Shown here piece by piece: positions 12,030 to 23,749 of a stretch of 64,000 bases of DNA (position 1 is its first letter; each line of letters begins with the position of its first letter). The stretch lies in the NCBI RefSeq assembly GCF_036321535.1, contig NC_087437.1, positions 30,134,001-30,198,000 on the forward strand. Direction: 5' to 3'. Source of the DNA: Camelus dromedarius (taxonomy: Eukaryota). The notes below the pieces were generated by a model. The model saw only the letters and a list, made by a program, of their open reading frames with translations. It was not told the DNA's origin and ran no database searches. The position numbers and the translations under genes were made by a program.

Positions 12030-13040
12030 AGTATAGTTTTGATCTTTTTTGGGTTTGTATCTTTGATTTTGCTATTTGATTTCTATATGACCCACTTGCT
12101 TTATGTTTCATTATAACTACTTTCTTCAATCTTTTTTGAATAATTATATTTTACTATTTGGTTACCTCCTCTGTTAACTTGTCAGTTATACACGCTTTTC
12201 CTTTTCCTTTAGTTGTTAGCATAAACTTTTCTCTGTGCATCCTTGACTTGTTTCAGACTAATGTAATTTATTTTTTCTACCATTTTTCTGACTATCTTAG
12301 CAACTTAAAAACTCTTTAAAAAATCTATTTATCCCACTGGCCTCTTTTGGTGTTATAGTTTCATGCATTTTTATTCTGCATACATTTTATATCTCGTAAA
12401 AATTTATTAGTATTGATATAAAATTACTTACATATTTATTTATCTTTTATGCTGCTCTATATTTTCTCCTTCATTCCTTTGCCTAGGATCATTTTGTTTC
12501 TGAACAAAGAACTTACTTTAGTATTTCTTTTAGTGCCAGTTTGTTGATGACTAATTCTCTAAGATTTGGTGCATCTGAAAATATCTTTATTTCACCTTCA
12601 CTTTTGAAGAATATTTTTACTGTTTATAGAATCCTAAGTTGGAGTTATTTTTCTTTCAGCAACTTAAATGTCATGTCATTGTCTTCTGGCTTCTATAGTT
12701 TTCTTTGAAAATTCACCGGTCAATCTTACTATTGCTTCTTTGAGAGTAATAGGCATGATTTTTTTCCTCTGGCTGCTTCTAAGCTATTTCTCTTTTTCTT
12801 TGGGAGTTTTCAGCAGGTTTCCTATGATTAACCTAGAAATTATTTTCTTTATTTTATTTTTCTTTCCCAGGTCTTATTGAATTTGTGGCTTGATGTTGCT
12901 CATCAATTTAAGAAAATTCTCAGCCATTGTATCTTCAAAACTTATCTCTGCACTATTAATTTCTGGGACTCCAATTATAGTAATGTTAGAATTTTTACTG
13001 TGTGCTATAATGTCCATATGTCTTGTACCTTCATTTTCTA
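12030..13040 (-). mobile_element. Old L1ME-like ORF1/inter-ORF remnant
   Basis: Antisense ORF1 phrases 'ctttatttcaccttcacttttgaagaatatt', 'cattgtcttctggcttc', 'gaaaattctcagccattgtatcttcaaa'. Confidence 0.7.
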
Positions 13041-13059
13041 TAATAATTCTTAAATAACC

Positions 13060-14292
13060 CTCTGATAATTCAATATGTTGTATTTACCCACTCTTGTGTT
13101 CATTCTTAGTCTTCATTTATGAAACGATTTTGGTTCATTCCCAGTTCTTCCCAGAGTCTGTCATCTCTCTTTTCAAATTTTCTCTTTAATCACTTTGACT
13201 TTTGAAAATTCTGGTCTATATTGTTCTTTTATAACTTTGATAATTTTAAAAACTTTATTCTCATTTTGAAATATTAAGTTATAGATTTACTTATAGTTTT
13301 CATGTATTTTGTGAGTGTGTATGTAGAAACATTCTGTTCCTTATTCTTTTTTTTTCTCATAACTGCTTTACCTTGATTCTTTCATATTGTTTATCTTTTA
13401 CACGAAATGAGCTTTCATCTACTTTTAGGAGAAAGACTATTCAACATAATATTTCTAGCTCCATTCTTCTAGAGCAGGGGTTGGCAAACGTTTTATATAA
13501 AGGGCCAAACAGTAAATATACTATGCTTTGCTGGCTATGGAGGCCTTTGTCTCCTCCTTCTCCTTTCTCCCCTCCTCCTCCTTCATCTTCCTCTTCTTCC
13601 CATTCTTACCTTGTAGGAATGTAGAAAAACAGGCTACAGGATATACTTGGCCTTGGGCTGTAGTTTGCTGACCCCTTGTTAAAATATTCCTTCTGTCATT
13701 TTTGCAAAGTGATTGAAATACGGCCTCATACTTTCAGAAATCTACCTCCTTTGTTTCCCTCCTACAGTGTTATATGAATCTCTTTCTTTGTCCATATTTC
13801 CCTGTCTTATTCAATTTATGTCCTACTAAAAGCAATTTTTCTATAGCATAGGGTTTTCTCTTAAAAGGAAGTTTTGATGTGTCAGTTTTAAGAGTTGATA
13901 AGGCCCAGACTGTTCCAGCACCATTAAAGTATAGTCCATTATAATTTTCTTCACTCACTGTGAACTGAAAAAGTTTCCACTGTGACTCTTAGATCAGTCC
14001 ATTGCTCTTCCCAGAGGGTACTTATACACGATTGTGAGGCTTTCATGCTCAGGACTAACAGAAGCCTATGTGCCTTCTCTCCACTTCCTCCCACACAAAT
14101 GCTGATACCACATGGATTTCAGTGGTTTATCACGTCCATATATTTTGTGATTTGTGGGGATATCTTGTCACCTCATTTTGTTGTAGGTGTTATCTGTGTG
14201 TCTTTGTTTTCACTTTCCTAGTTTCTCTCTCTGTTTTTATGATGGGTCTTAGGAGATTCATAAACCAAGCCTCTGCTGCCAAAATCTTCCAC
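13060..14292 (-). mobile_element. HAL1 (half-L1) 5' portion, interrupted by MER58
   Basis: Minus strand of 14070-14290 reads 'gaatctcctaagacccatcataaaaacagagagagaaactagg...acctacaacaaaatgaggtgacaagatatccccac...ggtatcagcatttgtgtgggaggaag', matching my recall of the HAL1 5' end. Left boundary is uncertain. Confidence 0.65.
13475..13678 (+). mobile_element. MER58-family hAT-Charlie MITE
   Basis: Terminal inverted repeats caggggttggcaaac ... gtttgctgacccct, internal 'taaagggccaaacagtaaatat', inserted after ttctagag. Confidence 0.85.
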
Positions 14293-14344
14293 AATGCCTC
14301 CTCTCTGACTTGCTTTTTCAATAGAAAAATCTAACTTCTGTGTG

Positions 14345-14465
14345 AGAAAGTGACAATAAAGAGAGAATAGGAGATACTGTAATGACACTGACAAGAGAGG
14401 ATGGTGACATGGGGTATGGTAGCTGCAGCAGAGGTAGTGAGAAGTGCTCAAATTTTGGAATGCCT
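14345..14465 (-). mobile_element. L2 fragment
   Basis: 'aggagatactgtaat...agagaggatggtg...ggtagctgcagcagaggtagtgagaagtg' resembles antisense L2. Confidence 0.55.
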
Positions 14466-15399
14466 TTTGGAGCTCTTATTATTTTTTTTAAATTCAGGAT
14501 TACCTTCTCTCCTCCAGCATTTCTGTTTCATTGGGAATTTGTTCTGTGATTCTTTTGGCTGATGGTCTCTTTTAGAGATAATTTTTCTTTGTTGACTCAT
14601 TACAGCTCAGGTCTGTCTATGGGGATATTTAAAACTGGGAGTTCCAGAGGCAGTGGGATGTGGATGAGTGGTTTCCATCCCTGTGAGCTTCCGTTAGGGG
14701 TAGGCAGGCTGGCAATGGCCTGTTGAGGCACCTGGAAAAGGCTCTTTGATTATTATATTCCTCCAAACCTCAACTGCAGGTAAAATTTACTTCTCCCATT
14801 AACTCTTTTCTTTTCTTTCTTTCTTTTTTTTAGAAACACAATTTCCCATTAACTCTTTATTGGTCTTTCTATGGTCAGGAGCACTACCACAGTCATAAGA
14901 GGCTGCTGGTAACTTTGCCTTGGGAACTCTGAATGGCAGGGTCTTCCTAGTACCCGTTGCTTTCCATTCTTTGTCCTTGGTCTGATGCTTGGATAAAATC
15001 CCACACTAGTTCCTGATGCCAGAGTGAGCTCAAAGTCTCACTTAAACCTGTAGATCCCAGAAGGCATTTGCCCAGGAAAGACATATAGCTTAAAGTTGAG
15101 TGTGGAAGGGAACATTAATATTTATGTCACTATGCTACAAGAATTTTTTTAAAAAAATTATCTATCCCCAAATATCTTTAGAATTATCAGAACCTGATTA
15201 ATCTTATCTTAATATATATGTGAATTCAGTGGATTTAGTTAATAGACTGCCCTTATCATAAGTGTTTATATTCATTAATAAAACTATGAATATTATAAAA
15301 GAATAAGTATACTTTGGGAAGAAAGTAGTACTTTATGTTTCAATCTGAATTTATTTCTTAAAATTTGTTTATAAGAACATTTGGGAAGTTAAAGAAATA

Positions 15400-15760
15400 T
15401 ATACCAGAGATCTTGTTCTCCAGGTGTTTACAGCCTGTTTAAGATGGCATATATCAGATTTAAAAAGGAAGGAAAAAGGAAATAGAAGAAAAGAAAAAAA
15501 AAGTATCTCATATAAGGCAGTATAAAGTTTCATACGTGCTTTCTAGACAAGTGCTATAGAAATTCAGAAGAAGGGTAAGTAGCAGTGACCTTAACTTTAG
15601 AACTTGGGATATTCTTTATATTTTATGTTAATATGGCTAACCAGTGTTTAAGTTTTATTCTACAAACATCTGTTTATCAAAACTATGTGCTAGGTGTAGG
15701 GGATTCAACCAAAAAGGCAACAATGTTCCTCCCTGGCAGGAATTTATGATTTAGGAAACT
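15400..15760 (-). mobile_element. L2 3' fragments
   Basis: 'actatgtgctaggtgtaggggattca', 'aagtgctatagaaattcagaagaagg'. Confidence 0.5.
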
Positions 15761-18700
15761 CTTGTCAGGAGGCCATCAGTCTTGAGTTGATTTTCTTGTA
15801 AAGCTTTGTCATAGATTTAGCTTATGACCAATGGCATACATATGGATATTACTGGTCATGTTTAAGGACGACAGTTGTAATGAGGAAGCAGAGCAGAAAA
15901 GCTCTATAATAATGAAAGAAACACAAAATAAACTATTGGTGTTATAAGCAAGTGCTTTGATCAGTCTGTCGAAAACAGTGTCCTAATGGCTGATGCTTCC
16001 AATGAAATCAGCAAATGCAAAAGCCTAGATTTGACAGTCTTTCTTCAGTTAAGATTTGGAAAGTTCCTATGAACATGTTAATATTAGAATCTAAATTTTT
16101 CAATGTTGGACAATACTAAATATAGAGATAAAACTTCCACTAACTCATTTCTACAGCTGATCTTGTTGTTAGAGAGTATGTGGGAAATGTAAAACAATAC
16201 ATTTTGACCTAAAAGTTATGATTCATGCTTCACTAGTACTTAAATGTTTTATTTAGATGCAGCCTCAATCATCTTTCAACTGAATCATTTTCTAAACTTA
16301 TTTCAAGCAATTGATTTTCCAGTAATAATATATTAATCTTTGTGATGTCAAAATCATTAATAATAACAAAATCTTTGTACATGGTGCTCTGAACAATATA
16401 TAATTCCATTTTGGAGCTAAATGACATGCATACGTTTTGGCTATTAATAAGAAAATGCAAAGACAAATGTGCTTTTTTTTTTTTCAAAGATAAATTAATT
16501 TTGCTTTTTCACTCTGTTAAAGAATTCACTCTTATCCTCCTTCAGATGTGAATAAATATGACCAGAAAGGTCACTGAACTAATATTAAACAGTAAGTTAT
16601 TAAATCCTAGAGAAAAGACGTACAAAAAGAAATTTATTTCATTTTTTAGTTTTAATCATGAAAGCATAATACTGCTGCTTTTAAATAGATCAGTGAATCC
16701 TCAAAACTGTCTCTAAGTAACTCATGGATCTGTTTTGAGGCCATTGTCCATGGTCTATAAAAATCAAGGAATGAAATATCCAGATATTATTTCCAGTGAA
16801 GTAAAAATCTATTAAAAATGTAGTGATTAGTCTTATTCATGGCTCATATCAAGGAATAAAATCTAGAAAAACTCATGACATTTCTCAATGTCTGAATGAA
16901 TGAATGATGGTTTTATTGAAAATTATTATAAATACCTTCAAAATAACAAGGCATGTTTAAAAAAATCCTATTCAACTTGAAATTATTCAGTGAGTCCCTG
17001 ACAGAGGGTCCTGTGGCTACTTCAGATTCATAATATCTTGAGTATAATATTAAGTAAAATGTTGTCTTTCCCTTTCAACATATTGAATTTTATAAGAGTT
17101 TTTTAATGTGAAAATTCTGTTGTCAAGACAAATTTTCTGTCAAGACAAAAATATGTCAAGAATTCAAAACCTTCTATTTCTACAATTGTTTCATGGTTGT
17201 CATGGCTTTAAAAGAAATAGAAAAGAATTCAAAATCCCTTCTGCCAGTGGTCTCTGGCTTTTCCAAGAAGCCGGTGTTGCTGTTAGAATTGGAACTAGGG
17301 GCTCTCAGTGGCTATAGGAGCTTAGTTATTCCTGCCACAGCACACAGCACACAGCAAATGAAGGTCATGTCTGAATTTATTTACAGAATCCTATCTGTAA
17401 CAGATCAACTACTGAATATTTATACACAGAAAGTGTTGAGAACTCGGAAAAGATTTCTCTGGGGCTTACTTTAGAATTCATGTTTTCTCCAATTTGCTCA
17501 ATTTTAAAATCCCAAAGTATAATGCATGGAAATTTGCTTCAGGAAGACTGTTCTGACTGCTCTGTTTCTTGAGCCTCACTGCATCATAACCCCTGTGACA
17601 CTTGGGTGCATGCCCATCACCACTGACTCGTCAGAAAACTCCTCCAGGCAAGCAGCCACATTCCATTTATCTTTGTACTTTCATTGCCTGGCCAGTGCCT
17701 GCATTATAGTGAGGGAAAACATATCATTAAGAGGGACCACAAACAGATAAGAAAGAGGAATAAAATCATCTTTTGTGTAATCATATATCAGCTTACTTGC
17801 ATGTATCAATTACTTGTCTTCTGTTTGCTCTTACAACCTTTTTCATTCCCTATATTATAGACTACAGTTTTCTACCAGTGCTCCAGAAATACAGAAGAAT
17901 GAACAAAGGTCCCCAGGGGCTGGAAGCTTAGGCTGAAAGGACTGTCATAATTGCAAAATTTTTATATTTTATATTTTAAAATGTGAAAATTTCTTTCTAT
18001 TATACATGTTTATTTTATTGCAAACATTGTATATAAACATATAATCTTTCCATATTTACTAGATTATAAATATGACTTTTTTTTCTCAAAATCTTTAATT
18101 AAATAGATAGTCCAGGCTTATTCATTACATGTATCCTTTGGATTTTCATAACGTCTCACTGATAAATGTGGCACTAGGGTTTCTCTCTTCAACAGCCCGC
18201 CATTTCTAGAAACAATGGTCACTTTCCTACTGTCAACATCTTGAATAATCACTTGAAATAGTCAAGTGATTATTTCATTTATATGCACATCTATAACCTT
18301 AGGCTTTTTCTGAGTTTGAATTTGTACTGAAATGTTATTTTAAAGTAAAATTAAAATGACAATAAATAAATGTAGATCTCTTGATTGATCAGTCAGGATC
18401 AGGAATAGTCTCCTATTTGGAAAACACAGAAAGTACTAAAAATAAAACACAACAGAGGGAAAACCAGAAGTATTCTTCCTATTGTCATTTGTTAAATGAT
18501 TCCTTTGTTCTTTACCTCATTCATTCATCAGGTTATCAGGTCTCTAAGGATTATGACTCATTGGGAAAGACAGGCAAGAAAGTGGCTTACTACGGTGCGA
18601 GACAATGTCTGTGCTGTAACAGGTGTGAAAATCCTAGCGTGGAAGTGCAGGGAGAGGTGAGAATAGGGATGTAGAATGGGGAAGGCCTTATGGAGGAAGG

Positions 18701-20486
18701 TGTGTATGCATGCAGCTAAGTGGAATGCCAGGATTTGGTGTTTGGGTAAGAAAATCACCACCAGTCTGGTATTGTAGATCTACCAAACCAGTTTATGGCA
18801 GCAAATAAAGGATATGAAATTAGAATCTACCATATGTGCATCCTAACTTTATGAAAAATGGGATATTGTGAAGTTTGAGCAGCCCACAACTGAGCAGTCT
18901 AAGATTTAGCTCTCTGGGCCCCTTTTAAAGTGGCAGTTTTATTATACCATACCTCAAACTTGTATATTTAATCTTAAGAAGTATATGCCTTGGCTGGAAG
19001 AAACCAAGAACTAAGAGATTGTTATTAGCACCATCAGTAATGTTCCATCAAGATTTTAAAATAACAGCTTGTTATTATCTAATAGATGTTGTTCCTTTCT
19101 GATGCTGTAGCTGTGCCTGATCTTGCTGACACAGCCATCCATCTAACCCCATAACTTTCGGGGGCAAAAATACCAGTAGACTGTTCTGTCGTTTAAGGTT
19201 GCACATCAGGGAAGGACCTTTGGCTCTTTCTAAAGGAGGAAGGGAGACTTGTAATAAGCAGAAATAAATAGAAGTGGAGGAGCTTGACTGGTGAAATAAT
19301 AAAGAATGAATTAAATTGTAATAGCACGTTTTGCAGGTTTTTCAGAAGTTATAGAGTTTTACATAAGGGTCTATATAAATGGATAATGATGTTTTTATTT
19401 TTATTTGATGAGTGAATAGTTGTGATTATTTCATAGTCATCCAGTTAGCAGGCAACATAGGCTGCACATGAACTAGATCTTGCTCCCTCTCTCCTTTCCT
19501 TGCAATTGTTTCTGCTGAGACAGGGTGGCTGTCAGTCAGGGACACTCTAGTCTGGAAGGAAATTTAACTCCGGGTTGATTTTATGTCCATTTTATGTCCT
19601 TGAAATACTAAGAATCCTTGATTCTGTGGTAAAAGTTTCAACTCAGTCAGGGGCCTATGAGTTCTGCAGAAAAACTTAATGGACTTGGAAAATGCTCTGT
19701 CTGCAGAAGCAGTAGAACTTAGAGGCTGGCTATACAAAGTAAAGGAGAAAAATAAGTAGAACATAATGCAGGAATTTATCCCTTGGTAAATTAGTTTAGG
19801 AGTGGATTGGAGATAAATCACATTTTAAACCTCAGTTAATGATTAAAATAGGGCCCAAAGCCCCAATTGGCAAGATATTAAATAATAGAATTTATTTTAA
19901 TCTCTCGGTCATGTCCCACTGTAACTCTTCCTCTTGATTCCACATTTATGGAAGGATTTTTTTCTACTTTCATATATATGTAGACACACACACATAAGCA
20001 TACATATTTTGATAACTCTGTGCAAAACTTACTTTATCCTTGACTTACTGTGATTCTTTTATTCAAATGTAGAAAAAATATTGTAACTATTGTACCATAA
20101 TCACTGGGAAATTGTGTACTTCTATTAAATTTTCAGGGCCTGCTTTTGCAAGCCTTCTCTAACTGGTGACTTCAAGGACAGCAGCTCCAAGGACAGTTGC
20201 CAGCCGCTGTTTGAATGAGTTTGACACTATCTTGAACTGAATGACTAAAATGCATAGTCTTAACCAATAAACATTGTGGATGTCAAGGGCTTCAGTCTTC
20301 TAAATCTCAGTTTACATGGCAACCATTTGGAGGAGAGGTTGTAAAAGAGAAACATATGTAATTATTTGCATGGTAATTTAAATACTTATTAACTGTGAAC
20401 AGTTCATGTTTTTTCTCCTTAGTCTCTCATCCCTTTACCTGTGTGCTCCCCAAACCCTTTCTAATCCATGGTTATGGAATCACTAG

Positions 20487-20861
20487 TGCTATGGTCTGTT
20501 TGTATCTTCCCCACCACCCCCAACAATTCATATGTTGAGAGATCCTACCCCTTAGAAGGGATGGTATTAGTAAGTTGGGCCTTTGAGAGGCTATTAGGTC
20601 ATAAAATGAAGGCTGAGTCCTCATAAATGGGATTAGTATTCCCTATAAAAGGGTTCCCACGGAACTCCCTAGTCCCTCCTACCATGTGATGTTACAGAGA
20701 AAGGTCGGCACCCTATAACCCAGGAGAGGGCCCTCACCCAACTATGCTGGCACCCTGATCTTGGACTTCCAGCTTCCAGAACTGTAAAAAGTAAATTTTT
20801 GTTGTTTATAGGCCACTTAATCTGTAGTATTTTGTTATAGCAGGCCGAATGTATTAAGACC
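20487..20861 (+). mobile_element. MLT1A-type MaLR solo LTR
   Basis: Starts tgctatggtctg and contains 'ctggcaccctgatcttggacttccagcttccagaactgt...tattttgttatagcag...taagac'. 5-bp TSD actag/accag. Confidence 0.9.
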
Positions 20862-21025
20862 ACCAGTAATCATTAATTCTGGAAGCAACTGGGATGCGGG
20901 AGGTGATTTTTAAAATTCTGTCATTTATAGTTTTTTTAATTAAGAATACAAATTTAAGGCATTTATGAAACTACTTTGTAGGAAAAATTAACTATATCCA
21001 TTGAAGTCACTTACTCCTGGAGTTC

Positions 21026-21474
21026 TGTAATGGAACAGGACCCTGTGGAGTCTTCCTGGGACAGACCCCCCCTCCCCCATATCCTCTGCTGTAGCTCTTC
21101 TCCGAAGTACCCAGGTAATAGTAAGCAAAAAATGGCTTCCCTCATGCTGAAGCACATTCTAGCTTGACTCTAACCACAGAGACCGGAGTCCACATTGCCA
21201 GGTTTTCTTGACGCCAATGCAGCTGCATCGGGGGGAAAGAATGGAACCCCTGCACGTTCCCAGGTGTTGATCAGAAACTCTGTTCCTTGGACTCTCACTA
21301 TAAAACTTCCTGCTGCCCCTCCCCAAATTGGGCTCGCAGACTTGAGGCATTAGCCTGCTTGCTGTGACTACCTTTGCCTGGCAAAGAAGTAAAACTTTTT
21401 TTTTACTTCACTCAAAACTCTTATCTCCAGATTTCAATTCGGTGTCAAGGCACTGAGGCTGGGATTCAAAAATA
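21026..21474 (+). mobile_element. ERV (probably ERV1-class) solo LTR
   Basis: TG start, TATAAAA at ~21299, decayed polyA signal 'agtaaa' and U5-like 'cttcactcaaaactc...tctccagattt'. Possible 4-bp TSD gttc/gtta. Confidence 0.75.
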
Positions 21475-23023
21475 GTTATAGAAAAAGCTCCTTTTGGTAA
21501 ACCAACTTAATCTTTTTGTTTTATTCCTGATAAATCTTTTTGGCAAATTCCTTTGACATATGGCAAGATTGCTGGCTGCCTAATCATAACCAAAGTGAAA
21601 TTCCCATGCCTTCCTTGTTTTCAGCACCCTCCCTTCCCCCACCTGCCCCGTTGCTGCTGATCTCCTGACTATGCCCCGAGGTCTACATAGAAGTTGGATA
21701 ATGAGGTTCTCGGCCTGAAAGCTTCTTCAGAAATTATTTGGAAAATCCATTGTGCTGGCAGATGCATCTGTCCATATCTATTTGTACAGCACTGAATCCA
21801 ATTTTGGGCCCTCCAAATGAAAATGCTCTATTTCTGGTACTGGCTGAGAACATCTTTGATAAAAGCTTACTCCGCAGGGACATCATATTGAATACTAGAT
21901 AACAATATCTAGCTAGACAACAAATAAAGTTATTTCCCCAACCTATTCATCCAAAGTTTCTTTGAAAAGTTAGGTTTCCTAGGCCATGCGTACAAAACTT
22001 GGTGATACTTTATGATAATTAGGACTGCCTTTGAAGAGTTATTTATATAAGGATATTTTTTGGAAAAAGAAACTTAGTGATGTTCAACTGCGTTTCTTTT
22101 ATGTTGAGATTGAAAAGGGGAAACATCGCTTAACCTGAGAGGGGGAACTAGTTGTGACTGGCAGAGTGGCTTGTCCACTATAGAAGAATTTAATATGTTT
22201 TAGGCTTTTTCAGTACAGAATTTTTTCCCCTAGAAATTTAGATTAAACTTTACAGTTCAACACAAAGATAAATAAAATGAAAAAGAAGATATGCTATCTC
22301 TATTTTTGTGACAAAAGTTGAATATCTTTATTCACAAAGTATGGTTTTCCACTAAAAGGAATTCTTTTTGCCACATTCCCTAGGGGAGATATCCAAAAAA
22401 GATCATGTCTCCTTTATTAATTTACCAACTTGGGGAAAAATTGTTTTCTCCAAAATCTTTGTGACTGAGATCAGTGGCTGTAGAATGAGAATTTAAATCA
22501 GTCAGAGAATCTTTCTTAGAAGTTGTCATGAGGTCAGACCTCTATGTCAGGAAGCAAATACCTGACATTATAATTTTACATGTGGCACAGGAGGCTGAGA
22601 CATTGGGTTATCAATCTAGAGACTTGAGGAAATTTTGTTCTTTAGTATGTTGTCTGAATATGACATTGTATATATAACATCTGTAATATTTCTGAAGCTA
22701 TTTAAAATGAAGGGATCTGGAGTCCCAGAAAAAGAAACATGTAATATGTTAGAGACTACATTCTGTAAGGCTGGCTTTTGTGCAAAAGAAGATTGACCTG
22801 GGGCTTGAGACAGCTCACTCAAGAGACAACAGGGTAGAAAATCCCAGTGACTAGAAAGGTAACTGGTCTTCTCTCTCTTTCTTCTCTGCCTTTTTCCCCC
22901 CTGCCATTCCTAACTGCCCTGCCTTGTTCCAGCAAAGATTGAAATATTTGACAATGATCATAAATCATGTGCTCTTTAAGAAAAATATAGTCCACATTCT
23001 TCCAACAAACCTTTTTTGAGGGT

Positions 23024-23477
23024 TCTATCAGTCAGGGTCCCAGTGGGAAAGAGACAGCACACTCAAAGGGCAATTGAAATAATTTTAATGAAGGGGTTTA
23101 CAAAGAGCAGGTAGCTCTGGGGGAACCGATCATGGATAGTGTAGTACCCAGGGACTGGCTAGCAACAGCAAGAAGCCATTAGCATCCTTACGCTTCAAAG
23201 GACAAGGAAAAATAGATATTACTGGAATCCAGTAGGTGGCCATGGATGCAGGTAAGGGAGAAAGCTACTATGAAACCTTGGACAAGTAGGCAGAACACAA
23301 TGAATAAGTGCCCTAACCTCTCTGTCTCCTTCTACTCTCTCTCTAATATTGGCATCCCCCCATTGACTGAATTCAACTAGAAATCAGAATGTAATAGAGC
23401 TTGGCTGAAGCCAGTGCACAGGCCAGGATAGAGAAGTCTTCAGAATTAATCTGGAAGGGCAAAGAATATGCAGCACA
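23024..23477 (-). mobile_element. LTR33-like ERVL solo LTR
   Basis: Minus strand starts 'tgtgctgcatattctttgcccttccagat' and ends 'ctgggaccctgactgataga', as recalled for LTR33. Confidence 0.75.
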
Positions 23478-23504
23478 TGAATGTGCCAGACAATATATTA
23501 AACT

Positions 23505-23612
23505 TAGCATCATTTTTTTTTCCTTGAGAGTCTAATTAATGTAGTAGATTAGGAGGGCATAGAGTGAATATATTCTGATTTCAGGAAAGAATTTATAAAT
23601 TTTCCCAGTAGA
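23505..23612 (+). mobile_element. L3/CR1 RT-region fragment
   Basis: 'gtagattaggagggcatagagtgaatatattctgatttcaggaaagaatttataaa' resembles the decayed CR1 xDFSKAFD-coding segment. Confidence 0.45.
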
Positions 23613-23749
23613 GATGTCCACATTGTCTCCATCTCCTCATCTTCATTGCCTGTTCTATTTTATTTATTTTATTTTATTTTTTAAAATGTCCTTAAACAAC
23701 AGAAATTTATTTTGTTGAATCACTATGCTGTTCTACTTATTTTAAATGG

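Noticed and set aside
18930..18960. let-7-like 'tacctca' segment
   Set aside because: Only a partial seed-length match with no precursor hairpin.
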